Shown here piece by piece: positions 9,233-20,279 of a stretch of DNA of 64,000 nucleotides; position 1 is the first letter of the stretch, and each line of letters begins with the position of its first letter. This DNA comes from an uncultured Gammaproteobacteria bacterium (GTDB lineage: Bacteria; Patescibacteriota; Patescibacteriia; UBA1558; S5-K13). Location: contig CAYRHT010000003.1 of assembly GCA_964424195.1 (NCBI GenBank), forward strand, positions 14,919-78,918, read 5' to 3'. Made by a program: the position numbers and the translations under genes. The notes beneath the pieces were generated by a model. That model had not been told where the DNA came from and did not search any database. It saw only the letters and a list, made by a program, of their open reading frames with translations.

Positions 9233-10327
9233 GCTTTAGTGCATGATCATCTCTTTCAAATGGGTGGAGCCGAAAGAGTGCTTTTTGAATTCCACAAACT
9301 TTATTCTCAGAGCCCTATTTATACAATTATTTATGACAAAGCTAAAGATATTTTGTTTAAAAATGCTAAAGTTATCACTTCTAAACTTCAGAATATTCCG
9401 GGAATCTTAAAGAGAATCCCTTTTTCAGTTCATCTTTTTAAATTCTTTATCTTCTCTATGCCTCAAGCTTTTGAAGATTTTGATTTCTCAGATTATGATG
9501 TAGTACTTTCATCAGTTTCTGGTCTAGCTAAGGGAATTAAGGTCCCAGAAAAAACTAAACACTTCTGTTATTGTCATGCTCCTACCCGTTATCTATGGAG
9601 TGATTTAGAATCCTATGTTTCTAAATTAAAGATTCCTAATCTAACTAAGAAAGTAGTAATGGAAAAATTAAAAGGTTTAAGACAATGGGATTATGATGCT
9701 GCTCAAAGGGTAGATTACTTTATTGCTAATTCTAAATTTATTGCTGAAAAGATAAAGAAATATTACAATCGAGATTCTAAAGTTATTTATCCACCAGTAG
9801 AAGTTGAAAAATTCTATTCTAATCCGAACAAAGAAGATTATTATATCGTAGTATCTCGTTTAATGCCTTACAAGAAAGTAGATTTGATTGTTAAAGCTTT
9901 TAATCAATTAAAATTACCTTTGAAGGTTCTAGGAACTGGTGAACAGGCTGAAGAGTTAAAAAGAATGGCTAAGGAGAATATAGAGTTTCTAGGTGAAGTT
10001 AGTGATGAAGTACGAGGAGAATATTTATCCAAAGCTAAAGCTTTTCTTCATCCTCAGGAAGAGGATTTTGGAATAGCAGCCGTAGAAGCTATGGCTTCTG
10101 GTTGTCCAGTCATTGCCTATGGTTCTGGTGGTATCTTAGAAACTGTAATAGATAAAGAAACTGGTATATTCTTTAAAGAACAGAATTGGGAATCTCTAGC
10201 TGAAGCTGTATTAGACTTTAACAAACTAGAATTTAATCCAGAATTTATTCGAGAACATGCTCAGCAATTTAGTAATCAGAATTTTAGAAAGAATATTGAT
10301 AGTTATATTCAAGAGAAAGTAGATTAA
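9212..10327 (+). CDS. GT4 glycosyltransferase (WbaZ-like)
   Basis: ALVHD..GGAERV, EEDFGIAAVEAMASG. Confidence 0.9.
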   Translation: MLDNKKIALVHDHLFQMGGAERVLFEFHKLYSQSPIYTIIYDKAKDILFKNAKVITSKLQNIPGILKRIPFSVHLFKFFIFSMPQAFEDFDFSDYDVVLSSVSGLAKGIKVPEKTKHFCYCHAPTRYLWSDLESYVSKLKIPNLTKKVVMEKLKGLRQWDYDAAQRVDYFIANSKFIAEKIKKYYNRDSKVIYPPVEVEKFYSNPNKEDYYIVVSRLMPYKKVDLIVKAFNQLKLPLKVLGTGEQAEELKRMAKENIEFLGEVSDEVRGEYLSKAKAFLHPQEEDFGIAAVEAMASGCPVIAYGSGGILETVIDKETGIFFKEQNWESLAEAVLDFNKLEFNPEFIREHAQQFSNQNFRKNIDSYIQEKVD

Positions 10328-10331
10328 AATT

Positions 10332-11477
10332 ATGAATATAGTAATAGACATCAATCCCTTAAAGCAGAAGAATTTAAGTGGAGTAGGAAAGTATTTACAA
10401 GAAGTATTGTCTCGATTGTTAGTTCTAGATCAAGATAATCAATATTTTTTGTTTAGTTATGGTAGAAAGAACAAAGATATTGTAGTAGACCTTCCTCAGA
10501 GTCAAAATATTCATTATCTTCATCGTAGTATTCCCAGTAAGCTCATTTTTATACTGAGCTTTTTAAATTTACCAAAGTTAGATGTTTTGAAAGTTGATGG
10601 GAAAAAGATTAAAGCAGATATTGTCTGGCTCCCTAATTTAGGTATTTGTAATTTAAAATACAAAAGTACAAAACTTATTAGCACAATTCATGATCTTTCT
10701 TTTAAAATATATCCGGAGTTTTTTAATTTAAAAAGAAGATTATGGCATTGTTTAGTAAAACCAAAGAAACTTATTCAAAGAAGTGATAAATTAATTGCAG
10801 TTTCAGAAAACACCGCCATGGATCTTCAGAAGATTTACAGAGTTTCTCCAGAAAAGATTGCAGTAATGAATTTAGGAGTGAGTGAGAGGTATAAAGTTTT
10901 AGAGAATGAGAAATTAGATATTATTAAGAATAAATATAATTTAAATCAGGATTTTATTTTATTTATTGGAACCAAAGAAGTTCGTAAAAATATTTTAAGT
11001 TTGTTAAAGTCTTTTCAAAAAATTAAGTCTGATAGTTTAGAGTTAGTGATTGTTGGTGGAAAGGGATGGAAAGAAAAAGAGTGGAAAGATTATTACAATA
11101 ATCTAAAAGAAGAGACTAAGTCTAGGATAAAGATTTTAGATTATGTACTAGAAGAAGATTTACCCGCTTTATATAATCTAGCAAAAATATTTGTTTGGCC
11201 TTCGTTTTATGAGGGTTTTGGATTACCAGTCTTAGAAGCAATGGCTTGTAATTGTCCAGTAATTACTTCAAATAATTCATCTCTACCAGCTATTGTTCAG
11301 GACAATGCTTTGTTGATAGAAGCTTTTAATGTAAGAATGTTATTAGTAGCCTTAAAGAGCCTATTAAAAGACCAGGGGCTATATAATCTCTACAAGAATA
11401 AAGAGTTTAACAAAGATTATTATGCTAATTGGGATAATTCAGCAGAAAGATTATTAAATTTATTTAATAAGATATGA
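10332..11477 (+). CDS. GT4 glycosyltransferase
   Basis: PSFYEGFGLPVLEAMAC. Confidence 0.9.
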   Translation: MNIVIDINPLKQKNLSGVGKYLQEVLSRLLVLDQDNQYFLFSYGRKNKDIVVDLPQSQNIHYLHRSIPSKLIFILSFLNLPKLDVLKVDGKKIKADIVWLPNLGICNLKYKSTKLISTIHDLSFKIYPEFFNLKRRLWHCLVKPKKLIQRSDKLIAVSENTAMDLQKIYRVSPEKIAVMNLGVSERYKVLENEKLDIIKNKYNLNQDFILFIGTKEVRKNILSLLKSFQKIKSDSLELVIVGGKGWKEKEWKDYYNNLKEETKSRIKILDYVLEEDLPALYNLAKIFVWPSFYEGFGLPVLEAMACNCPVITSNNSSLPAIVQDNALLIEAFNVRMLLVALKSLLKDQGLYNLYKNKEFNKDYYANWDNSAERLLNLFNKI

Positions 11478-12571
11478 GAATAGCAATTGATGCTCGTTTT
11501 TTTGGTTCAGGAACTGGAATTGGTCGTTATGTCGAGCAATTAATTTTAAATTTAGAGAAAGTAGATTTAGAAAATGAATATTTTATTCTAATTAACAAAG
11601 AGAATCAAGATCAGTATCAACCCACTAATCTTAATTTTAAAAAAGTAATTATAGATATTCCCTGGTATGGATTAATAGAGCAATTTAAATTACCTAGAAT
11701 CTTAAAAAAATTAAATGTTGATTTAGTACATTTTCTTCACTTTAATGTACCTTTCTTTTACAACAAAGCTTTTGTAGTTTCTATTCATGATTCAATTCTA
11801 ACTAAATATCCCAGTCAAAGAGCAACAACTTTGTCACCTTTAAAGTATTTTTTTAAGAATATCTTTTATAGATTAGTAATTAAGCATGCTATTCAGAAAT
11901 CAAAGACAGTAATTACTATGGCTGAATATACAAAGAAAGAGATTGTAAAAGAATTTAATTGTCCATTGGAAAAAATAGAAGTTATTTATGAAGGAGTTAC
12001 TAAATTAGAGCAGGGTAGTGAGATTGTAGATTTAAAAGAATATAATATTACTAAAAAATATGTCTTGTATGTTGGTAATGCTTATCCGCATAAGAATTTA
12101 GAATTTTTAATTAAATCTTGGCAGAATTTTAAGAAAGATTATCAATTAGTTTTAGTAGGAAAAAAAGATTATTTCTATCAACGCTTAGAAAAACTAATTA
12201 AAGAACTAGGTCTAGAAGAAAAAATAATTTTAACTGGATATCTATTAGATTCTAAATTAGCTTCTTTCTACCAACAAGCTCAAAGCTATGTTTTTCCATC
12301 ATTATGTGAAGGCTTTGGTTTACCTCCCTTAGAAGCAATGCAATTCTCTTTACCAGTTTTAGTTTCTAATACTAGTTGTCTGCCAGAGATATTAGGAGAT
12401 TCAGCTTTGTATTTTTATCCTAAAGATCAAGATGACTTTTTAGAGAAGCTTAATACAATTATTAGTAATGAAGAATTAAGAGAGAAGTTAATTATTAATT
12501 CTCAGAAGTTATTATTAAAGTATAATTGGAAAACAATGGTAGAGGAGACTTTAAGAGTTTATAGTATTTGA
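11474..12571 (+). CDS. GT4 glycosyltransferase
   Basis: MRIAIDAR, PSLCEGFGLPPLEAM. Confidence 0.9.
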   Translation: MRIAIDARFFGSGTGIGRYVEQLILNLEKVDLENEYFILINKENQDQYQPTNLNFKKVIIDIPWYGLIEQFKLPRILKKLNVDLVHFLHFNVPFFYNKAFVVSIHDSILTKYPSQRATTLSPLKYFFKNIFYRLVIKHAIQKSKTVITMAEYTKKEIVKEFNCPLEKIEVIYEGVTKLEQGSEIVDLKEYNITKKYVLYVGNAYPHKNLEFLIKSWQNFKKDYQLVLVGKKDYFYQRLEKLIKELGLEEKIILTGYLLDSKLASFYQQAQSYVFPSLCEGFGLPPLEAMQFSLPVLVSNTSCLPEILGDSALYFYPKDQDDFLEKLNTIISNEELREKLIINSQKLLLKYNWKTMVEETLRVYSI

Positions 12572-12685
12572 AAAAGTAGAGAGAGATTTATAGAACTGAT
12601 AAAATCAGTTCTTTTTAATCTCTTGACAAAGTATGTAATATATGATATAGTTAGATATTGAAGTTAATTTAAAAAAATAGGAGGA

Positions 12686-13003
12686 ATGATGAAAAAATGT
12701 TTTATGACGTTGGAGATGTTTAATTTTTGGGAAAATGGTGATGAAGGATGTTGTAATCAGTTAAAAGAAGAGGGGTTAACTAGCATTGTTACTCTCAGTA
12801 GTCCAGGGAGTGGAAGATTGTATCCTGTTAAAGGATCTATTATTCCATTACTGAATGGAGAATGTCCAAAAATTATCCAAAGAGTTACGAAAAAAAGAGG
12901 AGATTTGTTCAATTTTATCACAGATATTATTAGTGATATAATGATTGATCGTAAATCTTCCAGAAGAGAAGCTGTTAATGTTTTTGTTAGAGCATTCTCA
13001 TAG
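12686..13003 (+). CDS. Hypothetical protein (stand-alone cassette)
   Basis: Own TTGACA promoter, AGGAGG SD, downstream hairpin terminator. Confidence 0.6.
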   Translation: MMKKCFMTLEMFNFWENGDEGCCNQLKEEGLTSIVTLSSPGSGRLYPVKGSIIPLLNGECPKIIQRVTKKRGDLFNFITDIISDIMIDRKSSRREAVNVFVRAFS

Positions 13004-13085
13004 AAGTTTCTTTTAAGAACGGGTTGTGAATTTACAGCCCGTTTTTTGTTTTCTAAATTTAGAAAAATATTGTATAATATAGTAT

Positions 13086-15971
13086 ATGAGAAAAACAAAA
13101 TCGAGTACCACTCGATCTAAGAAAAAACTTCCTAAGAAAGTCACTAGGAAGAAATCTTTAGTTAAGGTTAAGAAGAAAGTTGTTAAAAAGACTGTTAAGA
13201 AAAAGATTAAAACAACTCGGAAGGTAAAAAAGAATACTAAGACTAAAGCTAAGAAGAAACCAAAGGTTTCTAAGTTTCAGGTTGAAGAAAGAGATGAGTT
13301 CATTGTAGATAATAATAATGATACTCCGATTATTAACTTCCAACCTAATTTTTTAGTTGAACAAACAGATGTAAATGAATTATTAGATGAAGTAGAAATT
13401 AATGAACAAGATTCAATATTAATAGCTGAACCAGAAAAGATTGAGAGAGAAGAACTTCCAGAGTTAGAAAGATTAATTCAAGATGACTATATCTCTACTG
13501 AAGCAATAGTTAAGAATTCTAATTACAATTTAAAAATGAAAGAAGATAATATTGCTGTAAAAAGAAGTAAACAAGTTCAAAGAAAGTCACAATATTTAAT
13601 TAACTTGCGGGAGAAAGATAGTAATGAAGATTCAATAACTGTTTTAGAAAGTCCAGCTTTAAATATTATTAAGAAGAGAACTATTAAAGATATCTCTTCT
13701 GTTTATGTTCAAGAATTAGCAGTTTTAGGTTCAAAGACTAAGTTCTTTAAATTTTCTCATTTTCTAGGTAAGAACTTTTCAGCCTATTTTTTCTATTTAG
13801 GCTTAGGAGTCCAATCTGGATTTAAGTTTTTAATTAATATTCTTTTTAATATTTTACTTTCTCTAAATTCTCTAGGTGAGAAAATATACAAGACTATTGA
13901 GAGTATTGGTAAAGAAAAAGAAGTATTAAAAAGTCCTACTACTAGTATTAAAGACAAGATTGATGCTTGGAGAGAGAAAGTATTAAGTTTTAATCCAATT
14001 TTAGCCTTTAAATTTAGTACAATTAGAACCTATTCTAAAGCTTTAACTTTCCTATTAATCTGTCTGTTGATAATATCTTCAGTCCAAGTTATGGCTCTAG
14101 TTGGTAAATTTAATTTTACCAAAGGTAAGATTTTAGGTATTTCTGAACAAGCTTTTGGAGAATTCAGTAATGGAATTAAATCAATGGCTAATTCTGATTT
14201 TAATAATGCTCAAAATAGTTTTGATAATGCTAATCAAAGATTTTTAGCTGCGGAAGAGGAGATTTCTAAGTATAATAGTCTTTTTATTGAAGTCCTTAAA
14301 TTTATTCCTCAGGAAGGTGAAAGGTTAGATTTGGGGATAAAGTTTTTAAATATTGGTAAACTATTTTCTGAAGCTGCTGAGCATATTAGTTTAGCTTTAG
14401 AGCAACAGAATGAAGAGATAAGTTTAACTGACAAGATTAGTTTAATTTCTAAAAATTTAAGTCAGTCTAAGGATAAGTTAAAACAAGCTAGTGAAGATAT
14501 TGCTGGCTTTGATTTAGATATTTTACCAGAGGAGTATCAAGGTAAATTTTCTTCAATCCAAGAGAATATTCCAACTCTGATTAGTAATTTAGAAGATTTG
14601 GATTCTGTTTCTGCAGTTATTTCAGATATTCTGGGGGCTGATGGTCCAAAAAGATATTTATTACTTTTTCAAAATTCAAATGAACTTCGAGCAACAGGTG
14701 GATTTATGGGTAGCGCAGCTATCTTAGATATTAAAGAGGGTGAAATTCAAAAGATTAAGGTTCCAGAAGGCGGTCTTTATGATTTTAAAGCTGGTTTTTT
14801 TGATAGAGTAGAATCTCCTGATCCTTTAAAATTAGCTAATCCTAATTTTAATCTCTGGGATGCAAATTGGTTTGCAGATTTTCCAACTTCAGCAGAGTTA
14901 ATATTAAAATACTGGGAAAAATCTGGTGGTCATACAGTTGATGGAGTTATAACTATCAATAGTACTGTAATGGAGGAATTTTTAAAGATTATTGGGCCAA
15001 TTAATTTAGAAAGAGGAATTGAGATAAATTCTGATAATTTTATTCGTAAAACTCAAGAGATTGTGGAGATTAAAGATGCTGGGCAAGCACCAAAAGCTGT
15101 GATTGGAGAAATGATGAGTAAGATTTTGGATAAGGTTTTTGAAGATCAGAAATTAGATTATTTACAAACTTTAAAATTATTTAATGATTCTATGAGTAGT
15201 AAAGATATTCAGATGTATTTTACAGATGCTGGTTTAGAATCAACAATTATTGATTATGGTTGGGGAGGACCAATGACTGACAATGCTACTGGTGATTATC
15301 TAGCAGTTATTAATACTAATATTCTTGGTGGTAAAACTGATAGGTATATTTATGAAGAAATAGATCATCAAGTTAATGTGCTATCTAATGGAACTATTAT
15401 AGATACTGTTAAAATAAATAGGAACTTTATTGCTGAAAAAGATGATCCTTTCAGTAAAGATACTAACAAAACATATTTAAGAGTCTATGTTCCTCAAGGG
15501 GTTAAGCTTTTAGAAGCTCGTGGTTTTGAAGAATTTCCAGAAGATGAATATATGATTCCAGTTGCTGGTTCAGAACCAGATGAGGATATTGAAAGAATTC
15601 AAGGTCGTTTCGTAATTGATGAAATTTCAGGAGTAAAGATAAATAATGAATTTAACAAGACAGTATTTAGTGGTTGGCAGGAATTAAAACCTGGTCAAAA
15701 GAAAACAATTACTCTGAGATATGAATTACCTTTTAAATTAAATTTAGATAAAGATGTTTCTTTGTTAGATAAATTTTTTAAGAAAGATAATAATTTGAAT
15801 TTAGATACTTATACTGTTTTCTATGAAAAACAATCTGGAAAGAATTCAGAATTAAATCTAAACTATAATTGGTCAGATAATTTGAATTTAATATGGTCCA
15901 GTGTTTCGGAACATAAATTTAAAAAAATGCTTAGGAATAATGAAGCAATTGGTTTTATTTTAAAGAAATAA
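13086..15971 (+). CDS. DUF4012-domain membrane protein with Lys-rich N-terminus
   Basis: YLLLFQNSNELRATGGF, DANWFADFPTSA, YLRVYVP motifs. Confidence 0.85.
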   Translation: MRKTKSSTTRSKKKLPKKVTRKKSLVKVKKKVVKKTVKKKIKTTRKVKKNTKTKAKKKPKVSKFQVEERDEFIVDNNNDTPIINFQPNFLVEQTDVNELLDEVEINEQDSILIAEPEKIEREELPELERLIQDDYISTEAIVKNSNYNLKMKEDNIAVKRSKQVQRKSQYLINLREKDSNEDSITVLESPALNIIKKRTIKDISSVYVQELAVLGSKTKFFKFSHFLGKNFSAYFFYLGLGVQSGFKFLINILFNILLSLNSLGEKIYKTIESIGKEKEVLKSPTTSIKDKIDAWREKVLSFNPILAFKFSTIRTYSKALTFLLICLLIISSVQVMALVGKFNFTKGKILGISEQAFGEFSNGIKSMANSDFNNAQNSFDNANQRFLAAEEEISKYNSLFIEVLKFIPQEGERLDLGIKFLNIGKLFSEAAEHISLALEQQNEEISLTDKISLISKNLSQSKDKLKQASEDIAGFDLDILPEEYQGKFSSIQENIPTLISNLEDLDSVSAVISDILGADGPKRYLLLFQNSNELRATGGFMGSAAILDIKEGEIQKIKVPEGGLYDFKAGFFDRVESPDPLKLANPNFNLWDANWFADFPTSAELILKYWEKSGGHTVDGVITINSTVMEEFLKIIGPINLERGIEINSDNFIRKTQEIVEIKDAGQAPKAVIGEMMSKILDKVFEDQKLDYLQTLKLFNDSMSSKDIQMYFTDAGLESTIIDYGWGGPMTDNATGDYLAVINTNILGGKTDRYIYEEIDHQVNVLSNGTIIDTVKINRNFIAEKDDPFSKDTNKTYLRVYVPQGVKLLEARGFEEFPEDEYMIPVAGSEPDEDIERIQGRFVIDEISGVKINNEFNKTVFSGWQELKPGQKKTITLRYELPFKLNLDKDVSLLDKFFKKDNNLNLDTYTVFYEKQSGKNSELNLNYNWSDNLNLIWSSVSEHKFKKMLRNNEAIGFILKK

Positions 15972-15981
15972 TAAAAATAAT

Positions 15982-16704
15982 ATGAGTGAGAAAAAGTTTT
16001 CAAACAAAGAGGCAATTAAATTTGCCTGGGAGAAAGTTAAAGAGAATTTAGGTTTCTTTTTACTTGTGGGAGTTGTATTTTATATAGTTTCTTTTTTACC
16101 TAGCATAGCTAGGAAGCTTATGAAAGAAACTGAGTCATTAAACTTAGATATAATTTTTACTATTTTATATATATTATTTCAAGCTTTAAGTATTTTAGTG
16201 GGGCTAGGATTGAATAAAATAATGTTAAAAGTAATTGATAAACAAAAACCTAAGTTTACAGATTTATTTTCTCAATATCGTTTATTCTGGAAGTATTTAT
16301 TTGCAACTATTCTTTATTCTTTAATTATTATGATTCCAGTAGGAATCTCTATGTTATTAAGTTTATTTCTTGTTAAAGATAATCAAAATCCAATTTATAT
16401 TTTCATTCCTATTATTATATTTATTATTGCGATAGTTTTTTCAATTTTGGTGGGTATTAGAGTTCAATTTTTTCCATACTTAATTATAGAAGGTTTGGGA
16501 CCAATTGAGGCATTGAAAGAAAGTTTTCGAATAACTAAAGGTTTAGTAGGAGATTTATTTGTTTTTGGGTTAGTAATGATGGCAATAGCTTTAGCTGGAC
16601 TCTTAGCTCTGTTTGTTGGAACTTTAATTACTATGCCTATTGTAGCTATAGCTACAGCCTTTGTTTATCGAAAGTTAAAACAAAAAACTAAAATTATTAG
16701 TTAG
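15982..16704 (+). CDS. Integral membrane protein (DUF975-like)
   Basis: Multiple TM helices, GPIEALKESFRITKG motif. Confidence 0.7.
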   Translation: MSEKKFSNKEAIKFAWEKVKENLGFFLLVGVVFYIVSFLPSIARKLMKETESLNLDIIFTILYILFQALSILVGLGLNKIMLKVIDKQKPKFTDLFSQYRLFWKYLFATILYSLIIMIPVGISMLLSLFLVKDNQNPIYIFIPIIIFIIAIVFSILVGIRVQFFPYLIIEGLGPIEALKESFRITKGLVGDLFVFGLVMMAIALAGLLALFVGTLITMPIVAIATAFVYRKLKQKTKIIS

Positions 16705-16760
16705 AAAGAGATTAAATATTGAAATAAAGGCGATTTTTAATCGTCTTTATCTGTATTATT

Positions 16761-18356
16761 ATGATTAAAACATTATTAAAAAAATTAAATACTACAATTC
16801 TTGGTGGAGCTATTTTAATTAGCCTCTTTACTATAATTAGTAAAATCTTAGGATTAGTGAGAGATAGGATTTTAGCTTCATTTTTTGGTGCTGGAGAAAT
16901 TTTAGATGTCTATTTTGCTTCTTTTCGAATTCCAGATTTAATCTTTAATACTTTAGTTTTAGGAGCTTTAGCTTCAGCATTTGTGCCTATTTTTGTAAAA
17001 TTACATCAAAGAGATAAAGAAAGAGCTAATCATGTTTCTAATTCTATTCTTAATATTTTAACTAGCATCTTAGCTTTGATTGCAGTCGTAGTAATTATTA
17101 AAGCTGATTTCTTTGTTAAGCTATTAGTTCCTGGATTTAATCCAGATCAATTAGCATTAACTATTCAATTAACTAGAATAATGCTTTTGAGTATTGTTAT
17201 CTTTGGAGCTTCTAATGTGATGAGTAGTTTATTGAATTCTTATAAATCATATTTCTTCTATAGTTTAGCACCAGTAGCTTACAACCTTGGAATTATCATT
17301 GGTATTATTCTAAGTAATTATTATGGTTATGTTTATTTAGCTTGGGGAGTTGTTTTTGGATCTATTTTACATTTTATAATTCAACTATTTGCAGTTATTA
17401 AAAAAGGATGGAAATATTCTCCTATTTTTGATTTTAAAGATACCTATGTTCGAAAGATTTTTAAATTAATGCTTCCCCGAACTCTAGGTTTAGCTATCAT
17501 GCAAGTGAATCAAGTAGTGATAACTATAGTTGCTTCTAATTTAGTAGCTGGTAGTATTGCTGTCTTCTATTTTGGGATGAATCTTCAATCAGCTATTGTT
17601 AGCGTCTTTGGAGTTTCTATTGCCATTGCTGTATTTCCAGTTTTATCAGAACACGCTGACAACAAAGAGAAGTTTATTAACTACTTAATTCACAAGATTA
17701 AGAAGATTATATTCTTAGTTATTCCTATATCAATTTTAATGATAATTTTAAGGGCTCAGATTGTGAGAATTGTTTTAGGAACTGGTAGCTTTGATTGGTG
17801 GGATACATATTATACAGCTCAAGTTTTAGGATATTTTTCTATCTCCCTTGTATTTCAATGTTTAATTCCTTTAATTGCTCGAGCTTTTTATGCTTTAGAA
17901 GATACTAAAACACCAGTAATTACTAGTATCTTTAGTTTTCTTTTAAATATATTTTTAGCAATCTATTTAAGTGTTAGTATGGGTATTGAAGGAATAGCAA
18001 TTGCTTTCTCAGCTAGCTCAGCTTTAAATTTAATATTATTATCCCTAGTTTTGTATATTAAATTTCCGCAAATGAAGAAGTACAAATTAACTGTCTTTAT
18101 TGTTAAGGTTATTCTTAGTTCTGTAATCATGGGATTCTTAGTATATCTAAGTAGAAACCTTCTTTCTTTTGGTGTAGATATGACTAAATTTATTGGTATT
18201 TTCCTTCAATTAAGCTTTTCTTTCATTATAGGTGTTGTTATTTATTTTATTTTAAGTATAATAATGAAACTACCAGAAGCGGAAATATTAAAGAAGTATT
18301 ATGCTAAGTTTGAGAGTTATTTATTAAAGAAGATGAAGAATAATTATGAAGACTAA
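16761..18356 (+). CDS. murJ: Lipid II flippase MurJ
   Basis: SKILGLVRD, FRIPD, RAFYALEDTKTP; many TM helices. Confidence 0.93.
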   Translation: MIKTLLKKLNTTILGGAILISLFTIISKILGLVRDRILASFFGAGEILDVYFASFRIPDLIFNTLVLGALASAFVPIFVKLHQRDKERANHVSNSILNILTSILALIAVVVIIKADFFVKLLVPGFNPDQLALTIQLTRIMLLSIVIFGASNVMSSLLNSYKSYFFYSLAPVAYNLGIIIGIILSNYYGYVYLAWGVVFGSILHFIIQLFAVIKKGWKYSPIFDFKDTYVRKIFKLMLPRTLGLAIMQVNQVVITIVASNLVAGSIAVFYFGMNLQSAIVSVFGVSIAIAVFPVLSEHADNKEKFINYLIHKIKKIIFLVIPISILMIILRAQIVRIVLGTGSFDWWDTYYTAQVLGYFSISLVFQCLIPLIARAFYALEDTKTPVITSIFSFLLNIFLAIYLSVSMGIEGIAIAFSASSALNLILLSLVLYIKFPQMKKYKLTVFIVKVILSSVIMGFLVYLSRNLLSFGVDMTKFIGIFLQLSFSFIIGVVIYFILSIIMKLPEAEILKKYYAKFESYLLKKMKNNYED

Positions 18357-20187
18357 TATTAGAAATTTTTGTATTATTGCTCACATTGATCATGGAAAAT
18401 CCACTCTAGCGGATCGTTTTTTAGAATTGACTGGAACTATCTCTGAAAGAGACATGAAAGCTCAGTTTTTAGATAGCATGGACTTAGAGAGAGAAAAAGG
18501 AATTACAATCAAATTACAGCCAATTAGGATGAAATACCAAGCTTCTAGTGGAGAAGATTATATCTTAAACCTGATAGACACTCCTGGTCATATGGATTTT
18601 GGTTATGAAGTTTCTCGTTCTATTGCTTGTGTAGAAGGAGCTGTATTAATTGTAGATGCTACTCAGGGAGTGCAAGCTCAAACTTTAGTTAATTTAAGGT
18701 TTGCTTTGGATCAGAAATTGAAAATTATTCCCGTGATGAACAAGATAGATTTACCAACAGCAGATATTGAGAAGACTAAGAATGAAATTATTACATTATT
18801 AAAATGTGAAGAAGATGAGATATTAGAAATATCAGCTAAGACTGGTAAAGGGGTTGCTGAATTAATTGAAGAGATAGTTGCTAAAGTTCCAGCACCAGCA
18901 GAAGGTATAGAAGATAGTAGAGCTTTAATCTTTGATTCTATTTATGATGAATACAAAGGTATTATTTCCTATGTTAGAGTTTTTGATGGTTCTTTTAAAC
19001 GGGGAGATAAGGTTAAATTTATAGGTACTGAAGTAGAATCTGAAATTTTAGAAGTAGGATATTTTAGACTTAGCAGAGAAAAAGCTGATGAGATTAAAAG
19101 CGGTGAAATTGGATATATCATTACTAGTGAAAAAGATCTTAGAAGTGTTAGGGTTGGTGATACTATTGCGATGCGAACTAAAGAGGTAGAAGCATTACCA
19201 GGATACAAGATTGTTAAACCAATGGTTTATGCTGGAATCTATTCTCAGGGTGGAGACAAGTATGAAGAGTTAAGAGATGCTGTGGAAAAATTAATATTAA
19301 ATGATGCTTCTATTGAAATAGAGCCAGATTCTTCTCCAGTATTTGGATTTGGATTTAGATGTGGTTTTCTAGGACTTTTACATTTAGATATTTTCTTACA
19401 AAGATTAAAAAGAGAATATGATTTAGAATTAGTAGTAACAGTTCCTTCAGTAGCTTATCGAGCCTATCTGAAAGAAGGGGTAGCTGATAAATATGTGAAA
19501 AACAAGAAGATTCATACTTTTAAAGATGAGTTAGGTGAATATGCAATTTTAACTAAGCCCTCTGAACTTGATTTACAATATGTAGATTGTATTGAAGAAC
19601 CAATGGTCACCATGGATGTTATCACTCCTGGTGAACATATGGGACCAGTAATGAGTTTAGTAGAAGGTCGAAGAGGACAATATTTAAATACTGAATATTT
19701 AGATCAAGATTTAGTAGTTTTAAAATACAAAATACCTTTAGCTCCTATTCTAGTTGATTTTTATGATAAACTTAAAAGTGTTAGTAAAGGTTATGCTTCA
19801 ATTAATTATGAGTTCTCAGAATACAAAGTAGTTAATTTAGTTAAATTAGATATATATATAGCCGAAGAGTTAATTGAACCTCTATCTAGTTTTGTCTATC
19901 AAGATGAAGCTTTTAGAACAGCTAAAGCAATTGTAGTTAGATTAAAAGAAGCAATCTCTCGACAACAATTTGTAATTAAGATTCAAGCATCTATTGGTGC
20001 TAAAGTTATTGCTGCTGAAAGGCTAAGTGCTTTACGAAAGAATGTTACTGCAGGTTTGTATGGTGGTGATGTTAGTCGAAAGAAGAAGCTTCTAGCTAAA
20101 CAAAAAAAGGGTAAAAAAAGAATGCAAAGTCAGGGGAAAGTTGCATTACCACAAGATGTATATCTTTCTGTTCTAAAGCGTGATTAA
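18346..20187 (+). CDS. lepA: Elongation factor 4 (LepA)
   Basis: IRNFCIIAHIDHGKSTLADR, YGGDVSRKKKLL. Confidence 0.97.
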   Translation: MKTNIRNFCIIAHIDHGKSTLADRFLELTGTISERDMKAQFLDSMDLEREKGITIKLQPIRMKYQASSGEDYILNLIDTPGHMDFGYEVSRSIACVEGAVLIVDATQGVQAQTLVNLRFALDQKLKIIPVMNKIDLPTADIEKTKNEIITLLKCEEDEILEISAKTGKGVAELIEEIVAKVPAPAEGIEDSRALIFDSIYDEYKGIISYVRVFDGSFKRGDKVKFIGTEVESEILEVGYFRLSREKADEIKSGEIGYIITSEKDLRSVRVGDTIAMRTKEVEALPGYKIVKPMVYAGIYSQGGDKYEELRDAVEKLILNDASIEIEPDSSPVFGFGFRCGFLGLLHLDIFLQRLKREYDLELVVTVPSVAYRAYLKEGVADKYVKNKKIHTFKDELGEYAILTKPSELDLQYVDCIEEPMVTMDVITPGEHMGPVMSLVEGRRGQYLNTEYLDQDLVVLKYKIPLAPILVDFYDKLKSVSKGYASINYEFSEYKVVNLVKLDIYIAEELIEPLSSFVYQDEAFRTAKAIVVRLKEAISRQQFVIKIQASIGAKVIAAERLSALRKNVTAGLYGGDVSRKKKLLAKQKKGKKRMQSQGKVALPQDVYLSVLKRD

Positions 20188-20279
20188 CGAAACAGAGGAG
20201 CTATTGTCCAAGAAAGCATACTAAGGACCATAAAGATTGCTAGAATGGTCCAAACTATTTTTAATTTTTTTCTTTTCAT
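20184..20279 (-). CDS. Small single-pass membrane protein MKRKKLKIVWTILAIFMVLSMLSWTIAPLFR (31 aa, not in ORF track)
   Basis: Manual translation; basic N-terminus plus hydrophobic helix; fills the intergenic gap exactly. Confidence 0.6.
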   Translation of the reverse strand: MKRKKLKIVWTILAIFMVLSMLSWTIAPLFR

